A DNA stretch of 64,000 nucleotides, taken from the NCBI GenBank assembly GCA_023485445.1, contig JAMCZT010000026.1, positions 5,708 through 69,707 of the forward strand. The letters run 5' to 3'. Position 1 is the stretch's first letter. Every line of letters begins with the position of its first letter. Under the pieces are notes generated by a model. The model was not told the DNA's origin and ran no database searches. It worked only from the letters and a program-made list of their open reading frames with translations. Shown here piece after piece: positions 20,633 to 29,694 of this stretch. The stretch comes from Patescibacteria group bacterium (GTDB lineage: Bacteria > Patescibacteriota > Microgenomatia > Woykebacterales > 2-01-FULL-43-14). The position numbers and the translations under genes are program-made.

Positions 20633-21547
20633 ATGTTACCGAAAGTAGGGATAGTTCTTCTGAATTGGAATAGTTTCAAGGATAGTCAGAAATGCTTACA
20701 ATCTTTAAAAAAGATCAACTATTCGAATTATCAAATTTATTTAGTTGATAATGGTTCTAGTAATAAAGAAGGTGAGGCGTTGAAAAAAGAATTTCCAGAA
20801 ATCATCTTAATAAAAAATGAAAAAAATGAAGGATTCGCCAAGGGAAATAACATTGGGATTCGGAAAGCGCTTGGGGATGGTGCGAATTATGTTTTGCTGC
20901 TAAACACTGATACAACGGTTGATCCAAAATTTTTGTCAGAAATGGTTAAGGTGGGCAAGACTCACCTAGAAGCGGGGGTAATTGGTTCAAAGGTGTTTTT
21001 TATGGAACGGCCAGAAAAACTTATTCACTTTGGTTTGTATTTGGACGTCAATAATTCTAAGATCGTTTCTGATGGTTTTGATGGAAAAGACGAAGATTTT
21101 AAAGAAGTTAAAGAATATGATTACGTGGGGGGTTGTTGTCTGTTAATTAAGAAGGAAACAATTGATAAGGTAGGCTTGTTGGACGAACGCTTTTTTGCTT
21201 ATTTTGAAGAGTCGGATTGGTGTTTTCGGGTTAAGGAGATAGGACAAAAAGTTCTTGGGGCGCCAAAGGCTAAGATTTGGCACAAGATGCCATATCCGCC
21301 GATTGATAAAAGAGGGGCCTTTCAGAATTATCTAGTCACCAGGAACAGACTCCTTTTTACGAGAAAAAGGTTAAAAAGTGGATTTTTGAGATACTTCTTT
21401 AAGAGTATGCCGGATTATTTATTTATCCCAATGCTTAAAAGTATTGAGCATTTGACTTTAGATAGCACATTAGCATACTTGCTCGGGTACTTGGATTTTG
21501 TTACAAATAATTATAGTCAGAATAATTTAAAATTATTTTTGAAATGA
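20633..21547 (+). CDS. GT2 glycosyltransferase (WbbL-like subfamily)
   Basis: LLNWNSFKD...LVDNGSSN...NEGFAKGNN. Confidence 0.8.
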   Translation: MLPKVGIVLLNWNSFKDSQKCLQSLKKINYSNYQIYLVDNGSSNKEGEALKKEFPEIILIKNEKNEGFAKGNNIGIRKALGDGANYVLLLNTDTTVDPKFLSEMVKVGKTHLEAGVIGSKVFFMERPEKLIHFGLYLDVNNSKIVSDGFDGKDEDFKEVKEYDYVGGCCLLIKKETIDKVGLLDERFFAYFEESDWCFRVKEIGQKVLGAPKAKIWHKMPYPPIDKRGAFQNYLVTRNRLLFTRKRLKSGFLRYFFKSMPDYLFIPMLKSIEHLTLDSTLAYLLGYLDFVTNNYSQNNLKLFLK

Positions 21548-21556
21548 GGTTGAGGA

Positions 21557-22726
21557 ATGAAGGTTGCTGTAATTTATCCGTTTCCCCCGCCAATTCAAGG
21601 CAACATTGCCCGCCTTCCGAATGGTTTAGTTACTGGGGGTGGCGAGACTTATCCGTTTTCTTTAGCGAACGCCTTATCAAATGCCGGCCACCGGGTTGAT
21701 TTCGTAACTGGCAAGTTACCTGGAATCGAGATTGATCAATTAAGTGTAAACAAAAACTTAAGAGTTTATTATTTAAAGCTATTTGGGCAACACTCTATCA
21801 TGAAAGCCTGGTCGCCAAAATTACCCACGATGTTGTTTACAGGGAAGTATGATCTTATTATTGCTAACCAGCTGCCGATTCTTTTCACAACAACAGGAGG
21901 GTTGATCAGTAAGTTAACAAAGTCTAAGATAGTAGTTTTACATTTAGGGTTTAATCCGAGATTTAATTTCAAATCATTGCTGCTTTCTAAGTTAAATGTA
22001 CCGTTGGTTGATCAGCTAGTGATCCCGAGCAGTACGGCTGGTGAGTTTTACAAAGGTATTGTTTCGAAAGAGAAAACAGTTACAATTCAATACGGACTAG
22101 ATACCACTTCATTTGTAGAATCAGAGATTCCGTGCGATCTAAAAGACAAATACAAAGGTAAGCTAGTTATTGGTTACATCGGCAGACTTTTGGCGAGCAA
22201 AGGTATTGATGTTTTAGTGCGCTCGGTAAGCCGACTAAGAAAGGAAGGTTTTAAAGTTAAATTATTAATTGGGGGAAAGGGACCCTTCTTAGATTACCTC
22301 CAAGATTTGGTGAAAAAAGAAAATTTAAACTCAGAAGTGGAGTTTTTAGGATTTATTCCCGAGGATAAAATAAACGTTTACTACTCATTGTTTGATGTTT
22401 TCGTTTTACCTTCCGTTTATAAAGATGCTCTAGGCGGTTACAATCCAGAGGCGGAGGCCTTTGGTTTGGTTTTAGGGGAAGCGATGGCTTGTAATACCCC
22501 GGTTATTGGCAGTTCTGTAGGTGGGATTGCATCGTGGGTTACGGATCGAGAGAACGGTTTATTATTTGAACCCGGAAACGATCAAGAACTCGCCGAAAAA
22601 ATTAAACTCCTTGTAAAAGATAAGAATTTTGCGAAAGAGATTTCTCAAAGAGCGAAGAAAATTTTAGAGGATAAATATTCTATGAAAGTAGTAGTTAAAG
22701 AATTTGAAAGGTTGGTTCAGGAGTGA
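21557..22726 (+). CDS. GT4 glycosyltransferase
   Basis: GLVLGEAMACNTPVIGSSVGGI motif. Confidence 0.8.
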   Translation: MKVAVIYPFPPPIQGNIARLPNGLVTGGGETYPFSLANALSNAGHRVDFVTGKLPGIEIDQLSVNKNLRVYYLKLFGQHSIMKAWSPKLPTMLFTGKYDLIIANQLPILFTTTGGLISKLTKSKIVVLHLGFNPRFNFKSLLLSKLNVPLVDQLVIPSSTAGEFYKGIVSKEKTVTIQYGLDTTSFVESEIPCDLKDKYKGKLVIGYIGRLLASKGIDVLVRSVSRLRKEGFKVKLLIGGKGPFLDYLQDLVKKENLNSEVEFLGFIPEDKINVYYSLFDVFVLPSVYKDALGGYNPEAEAFGLVLGEAMACNTPVIGSSVGGIASWVTDRENGLLFEPGNDQELAEKIKLLVKDKNFAKEISQRAKKILEDKYSMKVVVKEFERLVQE

Positions 22727-23901
22727 AAATTGCACAAATATCTTACCTTTACTATCCTTCAATTGGAGGGGTGGAAAGCCACGTTAAAAATTTATCAGAG
22801 CAACTTGTCGCCAGAGGTCATCGAGTAGAGGTTTTTACTAGTGATTTTGATTCATTACAATTAAAAAAAAGGATTATTGTAAAAGAAGAAAATGTCAATG
22901 GAGTTGTGATGCACCGTTTTCCTGGTAAACAAATAAGAGGAAAAAACTTTTTTGCCCAGAAGCTTAGCTTTGGACCAATTAAAAAGGTATTATTATCTGG
23001 CGATTTCGATGTAATACATTGTCATTCTATTCCTTCTGACCACTTTAGACAAGCGTTTGAAGTAGCAAAAAGTTCAAACAAAAAAATATTTGTGACACCT
23101 CATTTTAGTCCCAATGATTTGGAAAAAACGTTCAAAACTTTTCTTACTCCCTGGTACTGGCGTTTGTTTTTAATTCCAAAATTGAAACGGATAAATCGTC
23201 TGTTTGCAGTTTCACCGAGCGAGAAAAAGGCTTTTCAAAAACTTACAGATATTTCTGAAGACAAGTTAACTGTTATTCCTAACGGAGTAGATATTAAAGA
23301 GATTCAGAGTGTAACTGAGAAAGAGATAAAAGAGTTTAAGAAAAAAAACATTGATCCTGCAAAGAAATTAATTCTTTTTGTAGGCCGTATCGTACTTGCT
23401 AAGGGGATAGATACCCTGATAGAGGCAGTTAATAAATTATCAGACCAAAAGATTCAAGTTTTAATTATTGGCCCAGTAGGAGACATTGAGTACTATCAAA
23501 GGCTAAAAAAGCTTATTAGTGACTATAATCTAGTTAATACAGTTTTTATTAAAGAATTCTCGCGAAGGGAAGTATTAATTGCTTTTCACGCATGCGATGT
23601 TTTTGTTTTGCCTACTAGGGGAGAAGTGTTTGGAATTGTTTTAGCGGAGGCAATGGCTTGTGAGAAACCCGTGATTGGAAGTAGGGTAGGTGGAATACCT
23701 GATTTGATAAAAGATGGAGTAACCGGTTATCTATTTGAATCTGAAAATAGTGAAGATTTAGCTCAAAAAATAAGCGATGTTTTAAATAATTCTTCAGAAG
23801 GCATTAACGTTGGTAAATTAGCTAAAGAAGAAATTGAAAAAAATTATAATTGGGAGCGAATTTCAATAAAAATAGAGAAAAATTATTTTAATAGTGATTA
23901 A
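22723..23901 (+). CDS. GT4 glycosyltransferase
   Basis: GIVLAEAMACEKPVIGSRVGGIPDLI motif. Confidence 0.8.
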   Translation: MKIAQISYLYYPSIGGVESHVKNLSEQLVARGHRVEVFTSDFDSLQLKKRIIVKEENVNGVVMHRFPGKQIRGKNFFAQKLSFGPIKKVLLSGDFDVIHCHSIPSDHFRQAFEVAKSSNKKIFVTPHFSPNDLEKTFKTFLTPWYWRLFLIPKLKRINRLFAVSPSEKKAFQKLTDISEDKLTVIPNGVDIKEIQSVTEKEIKEFKKKNIDPAKKLILFVGRIVLAKGIDTLIEAVNKLSDQKIQVLIIGPVGDIEYYQRLKKLISDYNLVNTVFIKEFSRREVLIAFHACDVFVLPTRGEVFGIVLAEAMACEKPVIGSRVGGIPDLIKDGVTGYLFESENSEDLAQKISDVLNNSSEGINVGKLAKEEIEKNYNWERISIKIEKNYFNSD

Positions 23902-23914
23902 ATAAGGGGGTTAC

Positions 23915-24913
23915 ATGGAAAAAATTAGATGTAAGATGTGCGGATCTTTGGAAACAGACGTTTTTTATGAGGACGTTAAAGGTTATGGAATTGAAAAGTG
24001 TTTTGACTTGCGTAAATGTTCTAGTTGTAAAACAATCTTCACGTATCCTTTTCTTTCTGATGAAATTTTGAGTACGTATTACGACACTCAACAGGTAGCT
24101 TTTAATGGTTTAGGTACTGATTATTTAGTTATAGATTACCTTAAGCATCGAGAAAAATATTGGAAAGACTTGGGTTATATAGGAAGAGTGAAAGAGATTT
24201 TGAAATTTTATCCTGAGGCAAAAAGTATTCTTGACGTTGGTTGTGGGGCAGGTTTCTTTCTTGATTGTGCTCGGGAAAATGGCTTAGAGACTTTTGGTTT
24301 AGAAATTTCGAATTGGGGATTTGGCGTTGCATCAAGAGAGCTTAAGCTAAACGTTTTAAAATCAACACTAGCAAAAATTGGTCCCAAGGTTCTTCCCCCT
24401 TTAGATGTTATTACTATGTACGATGTTTTGGAACATTCTGATAATCCTGTTAGAGATATGAATTTATCATATAATATGTTGAAAAAAGGTGGTATTGTAG
24501 TGATAAATGTTCCAAACGTTGATAGCTTTATTTCTCATTTGACGAAAAAGTATTGGAATAAACTCATCCCCCCTAATCATACTTTTCATTTTAGTGCTGA
24601 AACTTTAACTAAATTGCTTACAAAAACCAGATTTAGAGTGATTGCAATGAGTACTAACAACGGTGACTCAGGCGAGCTGGTTGGGGAGGTGGCAAGCACT
24701 CCGTGGAGACTAATAGGTAGGGTTTTTTCTCACGTTGAAAACGCATATTCTCTTCGAATGGAACCTATTAGTCAGCACAAAAATATTACGTTAGCGTTGG
24801 TAAAAGGAAGCAGAAAAACTTTTTCCCAGTTTAGATTTGTTGGAGATATTATAAAACCACTACTAATAAAGTATAATAAGGGGGAAGGTCTGCATATTAT
24901 TGTTCAGAAATAA
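23915..24913 (+). CDS. SAM-dependent methyltransferase with an N-terminal CxxC...CxxC zinc-ribbon. Possibly an NDP-sugar C- or O-methyltransferase of the TylCIII-like architecture.
   Basis: The N-terminus is RCKMCGS...(21 aa)...CSSCKT, followed by ILDVGCGAGFF motif I. Confidence 0.6.
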   Translation: MEKIRCKMCGSLETDVFYEDVKGYGIEKCFDLRKCSSCKTIFTYPFLSDEILSTYYDTQQVAFNGLGTDYLVIDYLKHREKYWKDLGYIGRVKEILKFYPEAKSILDVGCGAGFFLDCARENGLETFGLEISNWGFGVASRELKLNVLKSTLAKIGPKVLPPLDVITMYDVLEHSDNPVRDMNLSYNMLKKGGIVVINVPNVDSFISHLTKKYWNKLIPPNHTFHFSAETLTKLLTKTRFRVIAMSTNNGDSGELVGEVASTPWRLIGRVFSHVENAYSLRMEPISQHKNITLALVKGSRKTFSQFRFVGDIIKPLLIKYNKGEGLHIIVQK

Positions 24914-24916
24914 AAA

Positions 24917-25846
24917 ATGGTTAAAGTTTCTGTAATCACGACATTTAAAAACGAAAGCAAAGCAATCAAGGAGTTTTTGGACTCGCTGTTAAATCAATCA
25001 AGGAAACCAGACGAAATAGTATTTTGTGATGGAAACTCTTCGGATCAAACAGTCGAAATTATTCGCCAATACAACACTCATGGAATTCCTTTGAAATTAG
25101 TTAGTAAATCTGGCGGAATTTCTGTGGGGCGTAACGCAGCAATTAAGGCGGCTAGTTTTGATATTATTGCTTGCACTGATGTCGGCTGTCGCCTTTTAAA
25201 TGATTGGTTGGAAAATATAATCAGACCGTTTGAAGAAAATTCAAAGGTGTATGTTGTATCAGGACTTTTTAAACCAGATCCCAAAACCTTTTTTGAAAGT
25301 GTTTCTTCTTCCCTACTGCTTTCCGATCATGACAACTTAGACCTAAAAAACTGGCTTCCTTCAAGTCGTTCGATCGCGTTTAAAAAAGAAGCTTGGAAAA
25401 AAGTGGGAGGTTATCCAGAATCTATACCTTTTGCTGGAGAAGATACTTTGTTTGATCTTAATCTAAAAAAGGCAGGTTTTGAATTCGTGTTAGCAAAAGA
25501 TGCTATAGTTTATTGGCGCCCGCGTAAAAATATTAAAGAATTTTTCGATCAATATAAAAATTACTCATTTGGGGATGGTTTAGCAAGAACAAATACAAAA
25601 AATTATTTTAGAAAAATTTATTTTTATATAATTTTAATTTGTTTAATTCTTACTGGTATTTTTAGTAATACGCTTATTTTAGTAACTGCTATGCTTATTA
25701 TTATTTTATATTGGTTAAGGCGCAGTAGACACATGTGGAGAAAGAACTTAGTTATTACCTGGTTAGCTTACGCGCCTTTAATAATAACTACAAAAGATGT
25801 AGCCGATGCGATTGGATTTACGAAAGGCTATTTCGGCCATGAATAA
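24917..25846 (+). CDS. GT2 glycosyltransferase with C-terminal TM helices
   Basis: VSVITTFKNE...FCDGNSSDQT, a DxD-type GT-A N-terminus, and a hydrophobic C-terminus. Confidence 0.72.
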   Translation: MVKVSVITTFKNESKAIKEFLDSLLNQSRKPDEIVFCDGNSSDQTVEIIRQYNTHGIPLKLVSKSGGISVGRNAAIKAASFDIIACTDVGCRLLNDWLENIIRPFEENSKVYVVSGLFKPDPKTFFESVSSSLLLSDHDNLDLKNWLPSSRSIAFKKEAWKKVGGYPESIPFAGEDTLFDLNLKKAGFEFVLAKDAIVYWRPRKNIKEFFDQYKNYSFGDGLARTNTKNYFRKIYFYIILICLILTGIFSNTLILVTAMLIIILYWLRRSRHMWRKNLVITWLAYAPLIITTKDVADAIGFTKGYFGHE

Positions 25847-26591
25847 AATTTCGGTTGTAGTAATTGCTAAAAATGAAGAGAAAAATATAAAAGATTGTTT
25901 AAACTCTGTAGGATGGGCAGACCAAAAAATAGTAGTTATTGATTCTTCCAGCGAAGACAAAACTGAAAACATTGCGAGGAAGTTTGCGGATAGTGTTTAT
26001 GTTAGGATGTGGGAAGGTTACGGAGGTCAGAAAAACTTTGGTATCGAGAAAGCAAAAAACGAATGGATCTTTAATCTAGACGCAGATGAACGAGTTTCTT
26101 CAGAGTTGAGTTATGAAATTCAGACAACTTTAAAAGAGTCTCCTGAGGTTGATGGTTATTATATTCCGTTTAAGAACTACATTGGTAATCGTTGGTTAAA
26201 ACATGGAGGACTTTACCCCGATTACCACTTGCGCCTTTTCAGAAAAAGATGTGGTGTATTTGAAGGTAGATACGGAGGAAAGGTTCATGAACAGGTTCAT
26301 CTAAAAAAAGTAGGTTATCTAAAAGGATCGGTTGAGCACTACACCTACAAGAATCTTGGGGACTACCTCGCCAAAGTAAGAAAATATGCGACTTTAGAGG
26401 CGGAAGATTCTATTGCTAAAAAAGATGTGTTAAAATGGAAAGAGACGATTAAGCCTGTTTTGAGGTTTCTAAAAATTTATTTCTTCCAGAGGGGTTTCTT
26501 AGATGGTTGGTTTGGTTTTATAAACGCCTTAATGTTGTCTTATTACTTGACTTATAAACTTTATAAAATAAAAAAGATTAAACAAAAATGA
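25839..26591 (+). CDS. GT2 glycosyltransferase (KdtX/WaaE-like; paralog of 14718-15479)
   Basis: Start taken at the ATG overlapping the upstream stop (atgaataa). MNKISVVVIAKNEEKNIKDCLNSV...VIDSSSEDKT. Confidence 0.75.
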   Translation: MNKISVVVIAKNEEKNIKDCLNSVGWADQKIVVIDSSSEDKTENIARKFADSVYVRMWEGYGGQKNFGIEKAKNEWIFNLDADERVSSELSYEIQTTLKESPEVDGYYIPFKNYIGNRWLKHGGLYPDYHLRLFRKRCGVFEGRYGGKVHEQVHLKKVGYLKGSVEHYTYKNLGDYLAKVRKYATLEAEDSIAKKDVLKWKETIKPVLRFLKIYFFQRGFLDGWFGFINALMLSYYLTYKLYKIKKIKQK

Positions 26592-27688
26592 AAATTGGTC
26601 ATGTTTGTACAGAATATAAACCCATAAAAGGTGGGGCAGAAACTTATTTGGCGAATTTATGTAAGATTCTTGCCGAGTATGGCTGTACTCAAACAGTTTA
26701 TCAGTTTAACAGCGGTGTACAGGAGAAAGGTTTAACGTTAATTCCACACGCCTTTAAGGTACTGAAAGGGGGACGAGCTTTAGATCTCTGGTGGTTTAAT
26801 CTAGCGCTTCTTACGAAGTTTGTTAGGCTTAAAAGTGAAGATTTAGTTATTTGTCATTACGCTTTCCATTCATTACCTTTATGGTGGAAGAAAAAGGTTA
26901 TTGTTTTATCTCATGGATGTGAGTGGGATATTCCTCCTACTTCGCTTTCACAAAAGTTAAAGATAGCTATTGCAAAACATTCCTTTACTCATTTTAAATA
27001 TCTGGTTGCTAACGACACTAATTATTTCCGACAAATGGGGATTGACGTTAAACCTAAGACAAAAATGTTTGAAGAAGTTTTACCCGGAAAGTGGTTTATT
27101 CCCAACTGTGTTGATACCGAATACTTTAAACCTGCTGACCCTGTTTCTGATTTTCCTCAACACTCAATTTTAGTTCCGCGCAATATTTCTCGACCTCGCG
27201 GTATCCATTTGGCAATTCAGGCTTTTGCAAAATTCCACGTTGATTTTCCTGAAACGAACCTTGTAATAGTGGGAGATTTTTTTGACCTAAATTATAAACA
27301 GGAATTATTTAAGTTAATTAATCAAGAAAAGTTAAAAGAGAAAGTATTTTTTAAAGGCAGCATTGATTGGAAAAAAATGCCTCAAGTTTATTCTGCTTCT
27401 GAAATGACAATTATTCCAACTCTCCAACGAGAGGGGACTTCGCTAGCCGCTTTGGAAAGTATGAGTTGTGGGATAGCTACCGTCTCGACAAACGCACAAG
27501 GTTTAGTGGATTTACCTACCGATCAATCTGATCCTAACTCTGAGGATCTTTCTAATGTCATGAAGAAAACTTACCAAAATCGTAATGTTGTTAGTAAGAA
27601 GCAGCAGCAAAAAGTTAAAGATATTTACAATCTGGAAAATTGGAAAAATGCCTGGTTGAAAGTAGTAAAAGAAGCACAAAAGTGCTAA
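26588..27688 (+). CDS. GT4-like (GT-B) glycosyltransferase
   Basis: GT-B-like C-terminal half (GTSLAALESMSCGIATVST). Weaker N-terminal similarity. Confidence 0.55.
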   Translation: MKIGHVCTEYKPIKGGAETYLANLCKILAEYGCTQTVYQFNSGVQEKGLTLIPHAFKVLKGGRALDLWWFNLALLTKFVRLKSEDLVICHYAFHSLPLWWKKKVIVLSHGCEWDIPPTSLSQKLKIAIAKHSFTHFKYLVANDTNYFRQMGIDVKPKTKMFEEVLPGKWFIPNCVDTEYFKPADPVSDFPQHSILVPRNISRPRGIHLAIQAFAKFHVDFPETNLVIVGDFFDLNYKQELFKLINQEKLKEKVFFKGSIDWKKMPQVYSASEMTIIPTLQREGTSLAALESMSCGIATVSTNAQGLVDLPTDQSDPNSEDLSNVMKKTYQNRNVVSKKQQQKVKDIYNLENWKNAWLKVVKEAQKC

Positions 27689-27703
27689 ATAGAGGGTACT
27701 TTA

Positions 27704-28849
27704 ATGAAGATAGCAATTAACACCTTGGCAATGAAATCAACTTACCATGGAATGGGTCGGTACTTAAAAAATTTACTAGAGAACTTGTATCTTCTGGATA
27801 AGGAGAATGAGTATCTTCTTTACGTCTCAAAGGAGAATAAGAAGTTAATCGAGAGCTTTTTTACTCCGAACACAAAAGCCAAAGAGATAAATATTCCTAC
27901 TTCGTTAAGAATTCTTTGGGAACATACATTCTTGCCGTTAGATCTGAAAAAAGAAAAAGTTGATGTGTACTTCGGACCTTCGCATATATTACCAATTGTG
28001 AAAGCAACGAAAGAGGTTGTCACGATTCATGATATGACCTGGTTTAGCCAGGCTAATAAACACACTAAGTTCAAGCGCCTTTACTTTCAAAACCTAGTAC
28101 CGATATCAATTAAACAGGCCGATTTGGTACTTGCTGACTCTGAAGCAACAAAAAATGATATTATCGAAATTACCAAAGTGCCTCCTCTTAAAGTAGAGGT
28201 AGCCTACTTAGGTGTTGATGATTATTTCCGAAAAGCGCCTGAAAAGGAGATAGAACGAGTGCGAGAGAAATACCATCTTCACAAACCTTACATTTTTGAT
28301 GTAGGGGTGATTGAGCCTCGTAAAAACATTTTAGGCTTAATAGAAGCTTACTTCAAAATTCTAAAAAAGGACTCTCAATTTCCTTACGATTTAGCTATTG
28401 CTGGAGGGAAAGGATACGGATGGAATAATGAAGAAATTTTCACCTTTGTTAATAGTAAGAAGCTTGATAATAGAGTCCTTTTCCTCGATGCTGTGCCTGA
28501 CGAAGATTTACCACCACTCCTTTCCGGGGCAGCGTTATTCGTTTACCCTTCTTTTTATGAAGGCTTCGGTTTGCCTATCCTAGAAGCGATGAAATGCGGG
28601 GTGCCGGTTGTTACCTCAAAAATATCGTCACTTACTGAAGTCGGTGGTGAAGCAGCCTTTTATGTTGATCCAAATGACGTCGGCTCGATTAGTCAAGCAA
28701 TAGAATTAGTTCTAAAGGACAAAAAGAAACAGCGAGAAATGGTCGATAAGGGTTTTGTTCAGTCGGGACTCTTTACGTGGCAAAAAACTGCAGAAAAGAC
28801 ATTAGAAGCGTTTTCTAAAATAGTCAATATAAAAAGGAAAAATGATTAA
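27704..28849 (+). CDS. GT4 glycosyltransferase (paralog of 32716-33852)
   Basis: GFGLPILEAMKCGVPVVTS motif. The N-terminus MKIAINTLAMKSTYHGMGRY resembles MKVGIDARFLGPEGTGIGRY of the paralog. Confidence 0.8.
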   Translation: MKIAINTLAMKSTYHGMGRYLKNLLENLYLLDKENEYLLYVSKENKKLIESFFTPNTKAKEINIPTSLRILWEHTFLPLDLKKEKVDVYFGPSHILPIVKATKEVVTIHDMTWFSQANKHTKFKRLYFQNLVPISIKQADLVLADSEATKNDIIEITKVPPLKVEVAYLGVDDYFRKAPEKEIERVREKYHLHKPYIFDVGVIEPRKNILGLIEAYFKILKKDSQFPYDLAIAGGKGYGWNNEEIFTFVNSKKLDNRVLFLDAVPDEDLPPLLSGAALFVYPSFYEGFGLPILEAMKCGVPVVTSKISSLTEVGGEAAFYVDPNDVGSISQAIELVLKDKKKQREMVDKGFVQSGLFTWQKTAEKTLEAFSKIVNIKRKND

Positions 28850-29405
28850 AGAAATTATAAAGGAGTTTGAAAAAAGTATAGAAGTTAAAACATCTTCAAA
28901 AGAATTACTTCCTGAAAAAATCAGCAAAGCTGCAAAGCTATTAATAGATTCTTATAAACGAGGCGGAAAGATGGTTTTATGTGGTAACGGTGGAAGTGCT
29001 GCCGATGCCCAGCACATTGCAGCAGAAATGATTGGCCGGTTTGAAAAAGAACGTTCTTCTTTACCAGCTTTAGCTTTGACGAGCAATACTTCGATTCTTA
29101 CTTGCCTTGGAAATGATTATAGTTATGATGAGATATTTGCACGGCAGGTAAGATCAATGGTAGAATCTAAAGACGTGCTAGTGGCAATTAGTACGAGTGG
29201 AAACTCCTCCAATGTTAATAAAGCAGTTTTGGCGGCGAAAGAAAAGGGAGCCAAAACAATAGGCTTAACTGGGAAGGATGGTGGAGACTTAGCTAGATTG
29301 GTCAATATCGCTATCGTTGTACCTTCTTCGATTACTGCTCGGATTCAAGAAACTCATATTACGATTGGTCATATTTTATGTCAATTAGTTGAAGAAAGTT
29401 TATGA
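28842..29405 (+). CDS. gmhA: SIS-domain sugar-phosphate isomerase (D-sedoheptulose-7-phosphate isomerase GmhA-like)
   Basis: LCGNGGSAADAQHIAAEM and VAISTSGNS are typical of GmhA. Confidence 0.82.
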   Translation: MIKEIIKEFEKSIEVKTSSKELLPEKISKAAKLLIDSYKRGGKMVLCGNGGSAADAQHIAAEMIGRFEKERSSLPALALTSNTSILTCLGNDYSYDEIFARQVRSMVESKDVLVAISTSGNSSNVNKAVLAAKEKGAKTIGLTGKDGGDLARLVNIAIVVPSSITARIQETHITIGHILCQLVEESL

Positions 29406-29694
29406 AAAAAGGCTTTCTGACGAAGTGGTTTAGTTTTAACTGGTAGGAAAGAAGGATGTAAGTAACTTGAAGGTATTCCGATTTTATCGTCGAAAATTTT
29501 GAGTTGATTGAGTGGATTTTGAAAATGATAAAAAAATTAAAAAAATAAAGAGTACGTCGAAAGACAGTTTGTTCGAAGCAATGGGGATTGTCATTTCTGC
29601 TGTTAGTATTGCAATGGGTAAGTTAGAAAATTCCACTGTTAGATGAGCTACTAAAAACTGTAAGTTAACGAATTTTTCTTTAAGGAGTCTGCCT

